This document shows, in pieces, positions 54,344-64,000 of a stretch of 64,000 bases of DNA. The notes beneath the pieces are model-generated. The model worked only from the letters and a program-made list of their open reading frames with translations, did not search any database and was not told the origin of the DNA. The stretch is from an uncultured delta proteobacterium (GTDB taxonomy: Bacteria; Desulfobacterota; Binatia; UBA9968): positions 64,001-128,000 of the forward strand of contig CAVWLW010000073.1 in assembly GCA_963755715.1 (NCBI GenBank), given 5' to 3'. Position numbers and translations under genes: made by a program. Position 1 is the first letter of the stretch; each line of letters opens with the position of its first letter.

Positions 54344-55849
54344 TTACTCCTCCCATGATTTAGGAACCGAGAAATAAAAGGTTGCGCCTTGATCGACCAG
54401 ACCTTCAGCCCAGACCCTGCCGCCGTGACGATGGATAATGCGCTGAACGGTAGCCAGTCCTATACCCGTGCCTTCAAATTCTTCAGCCCGGTGCAGACGT
54501 TGGAATACGCCAAATAGCTTATTTACATACTTCATGTCGAAACCGACTCCATTGTCTCTAATGAAAACGACGATATCGTTTTCCTTCCCATCGACGCAGC
54601 CAATCTCAATCTCGGGTTGCGGGCGTTTGCGCGTAAATTTAACCGCGTTGGATACGAGATTCACCAGTGCAAGTCGCAGCATCGCACGGTCGCCATACAA
54701 ATTGGGCAATGCGTCAATTCTCCAACCCACATTGTGCCCATCTGTCTCCGGTCGTACTTCACTTAAGACTTCTTTCACAAGCTGTTCGAGGCTCACCATT
54801 GTTTTTTGGGTCTCAGCACGTCCGATTCTTGAAAAGGCCAGCAGGTCATCGATCAAGTCGCCCATTCGTTTTGCCGATTCCAGTATCATCGTCATATACC
54901 GGCGGCTCTTTTCATCGAAACTTGAAGAGGCGTTTTTTTGAAGCAGCTCTGCATACCCGGCCATATGGCGAAGTGGCGCGCGCAGGTCATGCGATATGGA
55001 ATAAGCAAATGCTTCTAATTCTTTATTGACCATTTCAAGGTCTCCGGTGCGCTCGACGACCCTTTGTTCGAGCTCTTCGTTCAGTTTGCGAATTTCTCCT
55101 TCCGCTCGCTTGCGCTCGGTGACGTCATTGTTTGTCTCCAGGATCGCGTCGGGCTGCCCCTGGGCATTGCGCTGCAGCGCCCACCTGCTCCCCACAATGA
55201 GTTTTGTCCCGTCCAGTTTTGTGTGGGTAAGATCTCCTTCCCAGCGGCCACTACGCAGCAACTCCGCGTTAATCTCTTCAAGCGGTGCGGGAAAGATCGT
55301 TTGCAACAAGTCGTGAGTGCGCCGCCCAACCGCGTCCTCTGCCGTCCACCCGTACAACTCCCGAGCCCCTCGATTCCAGTAAGTGATGACATCGCTCATA
55401 TCGCGGACGAAGACCGTATCATGCGTCAGATTGAGAAGGCTCGCCTGCTGGGTTCGCTCAGCCACTTCAATCTCGAGTTTATCCCGCGCCTCCCGAAGCT
55501 CTCGCTCGATCCGGCGTCGCCTGGAGCTGAACCACGCCATTATGAATCCGAATAAAATAAAGAGGACAAATAAAGGGCGATCAGCAGGATGGACGTAGAA
55601 ACTGAACCGGGGCTCCGCAAAAAAGTATTCGAAGCTCAGGACTGCCACTAAAAGCGCGAGGGCACCCGGCCCGTTCCCCGCATACCAAATCGTTATGGCT
55701 ATGGCGCCGAGCAAAAGCGGGAATTCGAGGTTGGGGATCGCGTAGACTTGCGCGAGGAGCGCCAACCCCAATGCGATTGCAACGGAGACGATTGCCAAGC
55801 CGAATTTCAGCACTGTGACGCGCGGCGATGAAATTTCAGGTTTCGACAT
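54344..55849 (-). CDS. Membrane (DUF4118-like) PAS sensor histidine kinase with a Cph1-type transmitter
   Basis: TM bundle, PAS (YWNRGARELYGW), FAYSISHDLRAPL, FQRLH, GTGIGLA. Confidence 0.92.
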   Translation of the reverse strand: MSKPEISSPRVTVLKFGLAIVSVAIALGLALLAQVYAIPNLEFPLLLGAIAITIWYAGNGPGALALLVAVLSFEYFFAEPRFSFYVHPADRPLFVLFILFGFIMAWFSSRRRRIERELREARDKLEIEVAERTQQASLLNLTHDTVFVRDMSDVITYWNRGARELYGWTAEDAVGRRTHDLLQTIFPAPLEEINAELLRSGRWEGDLTHTKLDGTKLIVGSRWALQRNAQGQPDAILETNNDVTERKRAEGEIRKLNEELEQRVVERTGDLEMVNKELEAFAYSISHDLRAPLRHMAGYAELLQKNASSSFDEKSRRYMTMILESAKRMGDLIDDLLAFSRIGRAETQKTMVSLEQLVKEVLSEVRPETDGHNVGWRIDALPNLYGDRAMLRLALVNLVSNAVKFTRKRPQPEIEIGCVDGKENDIVVFIRDNGVGFDMKYVNKLFGVFQRLHRAEEFEGTGIGLATVQRIIHRHGGRVWAEGLVDQGATFYFSVPKSWEE

Positions 55850-55915
55850 GCCTTTGCAGCCTCAGATGTTCATCCTGGTCTTGTTCCACGATAAGGGCGA
55901 CTGCGTCTGCCTCAG

Positions 55916-57841
55916 TCATGACGCCGTCCCGTCACCAGCCGGCAAGGTGAATTGAAATACAGCGCCTCTGTCGTCATTCGCTGTCGCCCAGAGTCGCCCG
56001 CCGTGCGCCTCGACAATTGAGCGGCTGATGGCCAGTCCCAGGCCCATGCCGTGAGGCTTGGTTGTATAGAAAGCCTGGAAGAGGCCATCGAGACTACCCG
56101 GATCCAAGCCAGGACCCGAATCTCGAACTGCCACCAACACGCTCTCCGAATCATCTTTGGCGCAACCGATTAACAACTCTCGCGGCGCATCGCTGATTCC
56201 GTTCATCGCGTCGATGGCGTTGATCATCAAGTTGAGAATCACTTGTTGCAATTGAATTCGATCTCCCAGAATGCGCGGCACGTCATCGGACAGTTGGGTT
56301 TGTAGTGACACGCGATTCTCATACACTTCGCTGCCCACTAGCGCGATGACTTCACGTATCGTTTCGTTGAGGTCGACCCAGTCTTTCCGCGATGGAGTTT
56401 TGTTGACGAAGGCGCGAATCCGGCCGATGATTTCGCCGGCACGATGACCGTCTGCGATGATACGCGCGGCGGACTCTCGGGCCTCCTCCAGGTTCTGCGC
56501 CGCGAGCCAGCGCAAGCAAGCACTGGCGTTGTTGACCACTGCGGTAAGCGGCTGGTTGATTTCATGGGCGATAGAGGCTGACATTTCTCCCAGCATGGCC
56601 ACTCGCGTGACGTGGGCCAACTCTGCCTGTGCATGGTACAGCGCGTCTTCGGCCTGCTTGCGCTCGGTCACGTCCATCACGGTACCCACGGCCTCTACGA
56701 GATCGCCGGATGCGTTGAAAACAGGATGACCTATGGCATGGATGTATTTCATCGCACCGTCTGGCAGAACGATTCGGCAATCCAGTTCGTAGCCCGTCCT
56801 CTCGCTGACTGCTCGCTCGAGGATTTCGGCGGCCTTGGCTCGATCGTCCGGATGAATCCGCTGGCGAAATGTTTCGAATGACGGCATCCCGTGTTCTGGA
56901 TCGAAGCCGAATATGCGGAAGTGTTCCAGCGACCAGTGGACGATCTGTCTGGTGGCGACATTGAATGCCCAACTGCCCGTATGGCTCAGTCTCTGCCCCT
57001 CAGCCAAATAGGTTTCAGTGCGATGGAGAGACTCGTTTGCCCGCGCCAATTCTGCGGTTCGTTCTGCGACCAACCCCTCCAGATCGTCATGAGCACGATG
57101 GAGCGCCTGCTCTGTCTGCCGGCGCACGGCGATCTCGCCCTCCAATTGGGCGTTTTGCCTGGCAAGCTGCTCAAGCATGCCGTTGACTGTTTGTGCAAGA
57201 GTGTCGAGTTCGCCCGATCCGCTTGGCGTTGCGACGCGGCGTGAGAGATCGCCTTCGACGATGGCCGACGCCGTGCGGCTGATTTCATGCACCTCGAAAA
57301 GCAGCGCACGTCGAATCATCCAGCCGAAAGCAGCACCCAGGACCAACACGAGGCCCATTGCGCCTGCAAGCCCATACCAGAAGCGGTCGACGAGCGACTC
57401 GAAGCGGACGCTTTCGCGGCCCATCAGAAGGTGGTACCCGCCCGGTAACGTCACATGCGAAGCGACTACCCGCATCGTCGATCCGCCGCGCAGACCTATC
57501 ACCAGTCCATACGTTCCGGGTGCGTCGGGGACCTCGGCGGGCCACGCGGTCAAATTTCCAGCGAGCCGCAGTTTCGACGCGTCTGCGAAGACCATGATTT
57601 CGTCCCTGGGCAAGCTTCTCGCCTGTGACTCCATCGCTGTAGTAAGTCCCTTCGCGCCTTCGCTGTGGAACACCTCGACCAGGCGTTGCAGGTCCTCTCC
57701 CTGAACGTACGCCCTGAAGGTCGAGAGGTTCGCGCGCCAGGCATACCAAAGCGGAATCGCAAACAAGGCGAGCATGAGCACGCTGAGGACGACGTAAGCA
57801 AGCGCTAACCTGGAAGGAGAGAGGCGGAAGAATCTGATCAT
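55916..57841 (-). CDS. HAMP-PAS sensor histidine kinase
   Basis: Two TM helices, HAMP (GDLSRRV...ELDTLAQTVNGML), PAS, SIAHEINQP, HATPase. The ORF track extends the start to 57874. Confidence 0.9.
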   Translation of the reverse strand: MIRFFRLSPSRLALAYVVLSVLMLALFAIPLWYAWRANLSTFRAYVQGEDLQRLVEVFHSEGAKGLTTAMESQARSLPRDEIMVFADASKLRLAGNLTAWPAEVPDAPGTYGLVIGLRGGSTMRVVASHVTLPGGYHLLMGRESVRFESLVDRFWYGLAGAMGLVLVLGAAFGWMIRRALLFEVHEISRTASAIVEGDLSRRVATPSGSGELDTLAQTVNGMLEQLARQNAQLEGEIAVRRQTEQALHRAHDDLEGLVAERTAELARANESLHRTETYLAEGQRLSHTGSWAFNVATRQIVHWSLEHFRIFGFDPEHGMPSFETFRQRIHPDDRAKAAEILERAVSERTGYELDCRIVLPDGAMKYIHAIGHPVFNASGDLVEAVGTVMDVTERKQAEDALYHAQAELAHVTRVAMLGEMSASIAHEINQPLTAVVNNASACLRWLAAQNLEEARESAARIIADGHRAGEIIGRIRAFVNKTPSRKDWVDLNETIREVIALVGSEVYENRVSLQTQLSDDVPRILGDRIQLQQVILNLMINAIDAMNGISDAPRELLIGCAKDDSESVLVAVRDSGPGLDPGSLDGLFQAFYTTKPHGMGLGLAISRSIVEAHGGRLWATANDDRGAVFQFTLPAGDGTAS

Positions 57842-58021
57842 AGGTCTTCGGTATTCAGCCGGCGCGGAGTTCACCTACGCGCGGCTAATCTCCAATGATA
57901 TAACCGCCGGGGTCCAGCGGGTTGTGATCGTAATGGAATGACGGGGTGTTAATTGGTACTGCACAAAAGTCTCCAACGTATCGGCAAGCCTTGCGTCTCC
58001 GGCGATCATTCGAATACTTGG

Positions 58022-60850
58022 TCAACGGTCGTGGGTAAAGCACGTCCCGTCTTCCTTCAAAAGCGTAAATTGAAACGTCGCGCCGGGACCATCATTCGGT
58101 ACGGCCCACAGCTTCCCGCCGTGGTTCTCAACAATCGATCGGCTGATCGCCAGTCCCATACCCATGCCTTGCGGCTTGGTGGTGTAGAAAGTATCGAAGA
58201 TCTTATCGAGATTCCGTGGGTCGATCCCGATCCCGGAGTCTTGGACGGCGAGGAGCACGTTATCGGATTCTTGCGCAGAGGATCGAATAACCATCTCCCG
58301 CGGTCGATCCGCGACAGTATTCATGGCTTCGATACCGTTCATCACCAGATTAAGAATCACTTGTTGTAACTGTATCCGATCTCCCAACACAGGCGGGACA
58401 TCGGCGGCCAAATCGATTCGTAGCGCCACACCTTTTCGCACCGCTTCATTTTGCATGAGTAGGACGACCTCTTGAACGGTTTGGTTAATATCCAGCCGGG
58501 TCTTCTCCGGATCCGTTTTCTGAACAAGCGTCCGAATCCGGGTAATGACGTCACTCGCGCGTTTGCCATCACGGACAATACGCAGCAAAGCTTCCCGCGC
58601 TTCATCGAGGTTTGGGGTCGCCGCAGCAAGCCAGCGCAGAGAGGCATTGGCGTTGGCGATGACGGCAGCAAGGGGCTGGTTGACTTCGTGGGCAATAGAC
58701 GCCGTCAATTCTCCCATTGTCGTCACCCGTGTGACATGCGCGAGTTCCGCCTGCGCCTGACGCAACGCTTCTTCGGCGCGCTTACTCGCCGTAACGTCCA
58801 TCACCGTGCCAACATACTCGAGGTTCATCGATTCATCTCTTACGGCAAGCGCCACAACGTGGACGTATTTGACAGATCCATCCGGCAGGAGGAATCGATT
58901 TTCAAAATCCATATCCGTTCCGCCCTGGACTCCGCGATCGAGAGTCTCTTGTACCCGAGCGATATCTTCCGGATGAATCCGTTGGAATACCATTTCGAGT
59001 GTTGGCTTAGCTCCTTGATCGACCCCAAGAATTCTATACATTTGGTCCGACCAGAAGAGTTCTCCACTGGTAACATTCCAGCCGAAACTTCCCGTATGAC
59101 TCAATCTCTGTGCTTCAGCTAAGTAGGCCTCGCTTTGCCGGATCTTCTCTTCCGTCTGCTTGCGCTCGATGCCCTGGGCGATGGCGTCGGCGACCGATGC
59201 GAGGGCGTCGAGTGTGGCCGCTGAAAGCCGCCGGCGAGCGAACATCGCCATCACTCCGACTACACGATCCTGGACCATGAGCGGATAGCCGGCGAAGGAA
59301 ACCATTACCTCATTTTGTGCCCAGGCCTTGTCGCTTACCCACGGATCGTTTAGGACGTCATTGGTCAAATGGGGTTTCTTCTCTTGAGCGATCACACCGA
59401 TCTTCAGCTTTCCGACCTGGATGTGGCTGTGCGGACCGTCGAGATGCGTGTACATCCCGGCACTGGCCTGCAGTTCCAAAAGGTTTTTATCTGTGTTGAG
59501 GGTCCAGATTCGCGCGAAGGCCGCGTCGAGGTGGCGCACGATCGCCTCTGCGCATCCGCGCAAAATCTCTCGCGAATGGGCTGGCTTGGAAAGAGCAGCG
59601 CTCACATCAGCGCGAACACTCGCCTGACGTGCCTGTGCGGCGCGAATTTCCTCCGCTTGCTTGCGGTCCTCGATATCGGTATTCGTCCCATACCATCTAA
59701 CGATGTTTCCCGTCTCGTCATGCAGCGGTACAGTGCGGAACAGAAACCAGCGATACTCGCCGTCAAATCTCCGCATGCGCGCTTCAGATTCATTCGGTGC
59801 TCCAGAAGCCAGGCTTGTGCGCCATTTCTCCACTAAGTTTGTCGAATCTTCGGGATGAATTGCGACCGTCCAGCCCCAGCCCTGCGCTTCTCCCGCAGAG
59901 AGGCCCGTGTAATCGTGCCAGCGTTGATTGAGGAATTCGGCGGAGCCGTCGGGCAGAGCGCACCACGCCAGCGCAGGGATTGTGTCGATGATGATTCGAA
60001 GTTGATCTTCCGATTTTTTGATTTCGACGAGCGCCTTTTCCAAAGCAGCGTTCGCATGGTGCTGCTCGGTGATGTCCATCACCGAGCCGACATACTCCAG
60101 CTTCCCCGAATCATCTCTCACGGCATGCGCCACAATGTGGACGTACTTGACAGATCCATCAGGCAAGAGGAATCGATGTTCGAAATCCAGATCCATTCCG
60201 TTCTGAATTCCGAGATCGAGAGTCTCTCGTACGAAGACGATGTCTTCCGGATGAATCCGTTGAAACACCCGTTCGAGTGTTGGCTTAGTCGCTAGGTCAT
60301 ATCCAGCAATTCGATATGTTTCTTCGGACCAGAAAATTTCTTCTGTAGAAACGCTCCACGCGAAACTGCCAGTCTGGCTTAATTCCTGCGCTTCAGCCAA
60401 GAGAGCTTCGCTGCGTCGCAATTCAGTGGTCCGCTCCGCCACTTTCATTTCAAGTTCATTGCGGGCCTGGCGAAGCTCTAGCTCGCTCCGGCGCAAGGCT
60501 GCCTCGGCTCGCCTCCGGAACGTGGCGCCGCAGCCAACAGCCACTCCTGTCATTCCGAACGTCAGAAAGCGGGGCAGGTCGAAGAACCCCGCGATCAACG
60601 GATAGTTCATGGCTATCAGCTGAGGCAGTGCGAACGTGGCGAGCAGCGCGGCGAGAAACCCCGGCCCCGCACCGCCGAACCATGCTGCGGCGACGATGCC
60701 AGCCAGGAACAGCCCGGTTGGATGAAGAAAAGGTCCGATGACCGAAATGTGGAGCAACACAGCGACTGCGACACAAACAGGGGCCAGCGCATACCGCGAG
60801 GCCGTGGATTCTTCCAGCTTCGCCAGGAAGCGATGAGTACCGTCAGCCAT
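58022..60850 (-). CDS. Multi-sensor histidine kinase (TM-PAS-PAS-GAF-PAS-HisKA-HATPase)
   Basis: Repeated PAS/PAC blocks, GAF, ASIAHEVNQP, GMGMGLAISRS. Confidence 0.9.
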   Translation of the reverse strand: MADGTHRFLAKLEESTASRYALAPVCVAVAVLLHISVIGPFLHPTGLFLAGIVAAAWFGGAGPGFLAALLATFALPQLIAMNYPLIAGFFDLPRFLTFGMTGVAVGCGATFRRRAEAALRRSELELRQARNELEMKVAERTTELRRSEALLAEAQELSQTGSFAWSVSTEEIFWSEETYRIAGYDLATKPTLERVFQRIHPEDIVFVRETLDLGIQNGMDLDFEHRFLLPDGSVKYVHIVAHAVRDDSGKLEYVGSVMDITEQHHANAALEKALVEIKKSEDQLRIIIDTIPALAWCALPDGSAEFLNQRWHDYTGLSAGEAQGWGWTVAIHPEDSTNLVEKWRTSLASGAPNESEARMRRFDGEYRWFLFRTVPLHDETGNIVRWYGTNTDIEDRKQAEEIRAAQARQASVRADVSAALSKPAHSREILRGCAEAIVRHLDAAFARIWTLNTDKNLLELQASAGMYTHLDGPHSHIQVGKLKIGVIAQEKKPHLTNDVLNDPWVSDKAWAQNEVMVSFAGYPLMVQDRVVGVMAMFARRRLSAATLDALASVADAIAQGIERKQTEEKIRQSEAYLAEAQRLSHTGSFGWNVTSGELFWSDQMYRILGVDQGAKPTLEMVFQRIHPEDIARVQETLDRGVQGGTDMDFENRFLLPDGSVKYVHVVALAVRDESMNLEYVGTVMDVTASKRAEEALRQAQAELAHVTRVTTMGELTASIAHEVNQPLAAVIANANASLRWLAAATPNLDEAREALLRIVRDGKRASDVITRIRTLVQKTDPEKTRLDINQTVQEVVLLMQNEAVRKGVALRIDLAADVPPVLGDRIQLQQVILNLVMNGIEAMNTVADRPREMVIRSSAQESDNVLLAVQDSGIGIDPRNLDKIFDTFYTTKPQGMGMGLAISRSIVENHGGKLWAVPNDGPGATFQFTLLKEDGTCFTHDR

Positions 60851-61001
60851 GGCTGCTGACCTTCCATAGAACATAAGCCCTGAAGGTCGAGATGTTCATG
60901 CGCCTGGCATACCAGGGCGGAATGGGCAATATAGCGAGCACGGGCACGCTGAGCGCGATGTAACCGAGCGCCAACTGGGAGAAGCGGAAGAACCTGATCA
61001 T
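60845..61001 (-). pseudogene. Relic N-terminus of a paralog of the HAMP-PAS kinase
   Basis: MIRFFRFSQLALGYIALSVPVLAILPIPPWYARRMNISTFRAYV then stop, versus MIRFFRLSPSRLALAYVVLSVLMLALFAIPLWYAWRANLSTFRAYV at 57841. Confidence 0.75.
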
Positions 61002-61142
61002 ATGCGTTCGGTATTCAGCCGGCGTGAGTCCGCCTGGTCGTTATGGTACTGCACAAAGTCTCCAACATATCAGCACGCCTTGCACCTCCAGCGATTATCT
61101 CCAATGCATGGTCAGCGGTCGTGGGTAAAAGCACGTCCAGTC

Positions 61143-63264
61143 TTACTTCAAAAGCGTAAATTGAAACGTCGCCCCGGGACCGTCATTGGGCACGGCCCAA
61201 AGCCGTCCGCCGTGGTTCTCAACAATCGAGCGGCTGATCGCCAGTCCCATCCCCATTCCCTGCGACTTAGTGGTGTAGAAACTATCGAAGATCTTGTCGA
61301 GATTCTGTGAATCGATTCCAACACCGGAGTCTTGGACAGCGACGAGCACTTTGTCGGATTCGTGCGCAGAGGATCGAATAATCATCTCTCGCGGTCGGTC
61401 CGTGACAGTATTCATGGCTTCGATACCGTTCATCACCAGATTAAGAATCACTTGTTGCAATTGGATTCGATCGCCCGATACACGGGGGAGACTGGCCGCC
61501 AGGTTCATCTTCAGCACCACGCCGGATTTTTGTATTTCGCTGTGCGTCAGACTCACAACTTCTTGGATGACTTCGTTAATGTCCAGAAGCGTCTTCTCAG
61601 TGTCGCCTTTTTGGACCAATGCACGGATGCGTCTGATCACATCGCTGGCCCGGTTGCCGTCTCTGACGATTCGCGATATCGCATCCCGCGCTTCGTCTAA
61701 GTTCGGTGTTGAATTGGCAAGCCAGCGGAAACAAGCGTTAGCATTAGCAACCACGGCCGCAAGCGGCTGATTGATCTCATGAGCGATCGACGCGGTCAGT
61801 TCTCCCATGATCATAACCCGCCCTACGTGCGCCAGTTCGCCTTGCGCCTCGCGCAGAGCGTGTTCCGCGCGGCTGCGTTCCGCGCGCGTGCGCAGCGCAG
61901 TCACCCCATAGGCCAGATTATCCGCCAGCTCCGTGAACAGCTCCACTGCGCGTTCATCGAAAGCACTCGATTGTTCAGCGTAAAGAGTGAGGGCGCCAAA
62001 CGGTTTGCCATCAGATATCAACGGCAGTGAGATGTTCGAACGGTAGCCCCGTTTCAGGGCCTCATCCCGCCACGGCGCGATACTCGAATCGGTTTCAATA
62101 TTCTTGGTCCACGTAGGTTTGCCGGTCCGGATCGCAGTGCCGGTAGGCCCATGACCTCTTTCAGTATCTTCCCAGGTAGCCTTGACGCTTTCTACGTACC
62201 CTTCGTCGTATCCTGCTTGCGCCACCGGCCGAATCGACTTTTCCAAGTCAAGCTCCCGGTAACCGACCCACGCCATCCGCAGTCCGCCGGCGTCCACGAG
62301 AATACGACAGGCCGCCTGCAAGAGTTCGTATTCATCCGTGGCATGAACCAGAGCCTGGTTGCATTGGTAAAGAGTCTGCAAGGTCCGGTTCAGCCTGGCC
62401 AACTTGTCTTCGGCTTGTTTGCGCTCCGTTACGTCGAGCAGCGCACCGGAAAACCTGACTAAGGTACCGTCCGTATTCCGGATCGCTTCGGCCATGCTTT
62501 GCACGAAGCGAATCGAGCCATCAGGGCGGATGATGCGATATTGGATATTGTAAGGCCTACCGTCGCGAACCAGCTGATCGTAACGTTCCATCGCATATTG
62601 TCGATCTTCGGGATCAACAATGCGCTCGACAAAATCTTTGCGAGCCCAGGCGCCGTTTTGCGGATTCAGGCCCAAGATGCGAAATATCTCATCTGACCAA
62701 CGGCTCGCCCCAGTGAAGCAGATCGATTTCGTAGCTTCCCAGATGGGCGATCCTCTGGGCCTGCTTGAGCTGGGCTTCGCTTGATCGGAGCGCTATCTCG
62801 GCTTCTTTTCGCTCAGTGATTTCTCGCTAGCAGCTCTTGGTTGGCGCGCTGAAGCTCCACGGTGCGCTCTTGCACCTTCAATTCCAGCTCGTCGCGGGCC
62901 TGCCGAAGTGACTCTCTGGCGCGCTTCTGACTTGCGCTCAACCAACTGATCGAGGCCGCAGAAAGGAAAAATACAATCATGCGCGGCAAGTCCTCCGCGC
63001 TCAAGGCTCCAGAGTATAGTAGGGCGACGTAAAGTGATAGTCGATCAGCCCGACTGAAAGTGAACTCGCGAGCAATCCGGGTCCAAGCCCGCCCAGCCAG
63101 CTGCTGAGCACGACTGCACAAAAGAACAATGAGTTGGGTGTGGGATCAAAGTAGGTCCTCAGCAACTCTTTGATAATAAGCGCGGTGGCGACAGATAAGA
63201 CAGCGAGCCCGTACCTGAGAAGGATCGACGTGATGCGCCGTTTTGGCGTCCCAAACTTCGACAT
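61143..63264 (-). CDS. TM-PAS-GAF sensor histidine kinase (frameshifts ~63020, ~62830, ~62720)
   Basis: DUF4118-like N-terminus (GGLGPGLLA), PAS, GAF (GHGPTGTAIRTG), SIAHEINQP, HATPase. Confidence 0.85.
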
Positions 63265-63392
63265 AACTTTACGTCCAATTCACAGCATCTTATCCAAACG
63301 CAGCGAGCATGGATTGGCCATGCCGAACTCTTGGGTCGTTCGGGATTGCGTCAGTCGCGCACCAAGAGATATCTAACCGCGTCGCGCGGCGG

Positions 63393-63415
63393 GAATCTAT
63401 TATACTTTCGTATAG
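63393..63415 (-). promoter_or_regulatory. Conserved 23-bp operator-like motif, copy 2
   Basis: GAATCTATTATACTTTCGTATAG, upstream of the first kinase of the array. Confidence 0.65.
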
Positions 63416-63646
63416 TGTGTTGAAAGCGCCCACACAGCCAGATAGAAAATTCCGTGCTGGTCGGCTGAAGCTTTTGCAGCCACGCCGAAGCGGAATAAGC
63501 TTTAGCGCTGTACAGGGTTATGAAACGGTCCGTTCCGCTTCCGCGAGCCCGGAAGAACACTCAGCACTCTACGCTGCTTGGCCCCGGATCCATCGACTCG
63601 CAGTGAAATCGATCGAGACTGGCGCGAAGTTCGGACGCAATCCGTT

Positions 63647-64000
63647 CTAGCGGTGCTGTAATTCATCCAGCTGTTGCTGGCTCTGGTTGAGCCGTTCCTG
63701 AAGCTGTTGCTGGTTCAACTCACGCTCGTTTTGGAGTTGCTCTAGTTGGTCTGGCCGCCGCAGCTGTTGCTGGCGTAGTTGGTTCAACTGCTGATCGTCC
63801 TGCAGCCGCTTCAACTGCTGCTCGTTCTGTATTTGATTCAATTGCTGCTGAACGTCATCGAGCCGGTCCTGTCGCTGAACGGGATTGGTTTGGCCGTGCT
63901 GTTGCAGTTGGTCCAACTGCCGCTGAACCTGATTTAATTGCTGATCGCGCTGGAGCTGGTCGAGCCGTTGTTGGTCGCGCAGCTCGTTCGCTTGCGCGCG
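63647..64000 (-). CDS. Glutamine-rich coiled-coil protein, 5' part outside the window
   Basis: Open frame from the window edge; repeated QQLNQL/QLDQLQ units. Confidence 0.65.
   Translation of the reverse strand, partial: RAQANELRDQQRLDQLQRDQQLNQVQRQLDQLQQHGQTNPVQRQDRLDDVQQQLNQIQNEQQLKRLQDDQQLNQLRQQQLRRPDQLEQLQNERELNQQQLQERLNQSQQQLDELQHR

Noticed and set aside
38583-62696. Long antisense or overlapping ORFs inside the mdt and kinase genes
   Set aside because: Shadow ORFs expected in GC-rich coding DNA; no motifs or RBS.
1180-63264. Numerous frameshifts as mass pseudogenisation or programmed frameshifting
   Set aside because: Single-base indels are scattered across unrelated, otherwise well-conserved genes (fdhA, mdtB/C, kinases) without accumulated in-frame stops. 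Best explained as long-read errors; read polishing would confirm.

Overview
Bacterial genomic window, GC-rich with AT-rich intergenic patches. Gene style suggests a soil deltaproteobacterium/Binatia-like organism (inference). Many genes carry single-base frameshifts, probably long-read assembly errors. Four blocks: (1) 1-23.8 kb, a surface-glycan modification cluster (glycosyltransferases, GT-C/ArnT-like membrane proteins, SAM methyltransferases, acyltransferase, sulfotransferase), interrupted at about 9-14.5 kb by a minus-strand block; (2) 24-34.2 kb, small genes, a cation exchanger, a candidate structured RNA and a selenocysteine formate dehydrogenase operon (in-frame TGA plus SECIS); (3) 35-49 kb, sigma54-type promoters, small secreted proteins, mdtABC plus an outer-membrane factor, and a sigma54 activator; (4) 49-64 kb, an array of paralogous PAS/GAF histidine kinases and response regulators with duplication scars. 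The most notable element is in the 9-14.5 kb block: an orphan dndB (DGQHR) gene with no dndACDE in this window, translationally coupled to a YddA/BacA-like ABC transporter. Its promoter is covered by six AGCTG boxes spaced 22,22,22,22,23 bp, a candidate phased operator array. The block is bordered by a relic copy of a neighbouring GT-C gene end.
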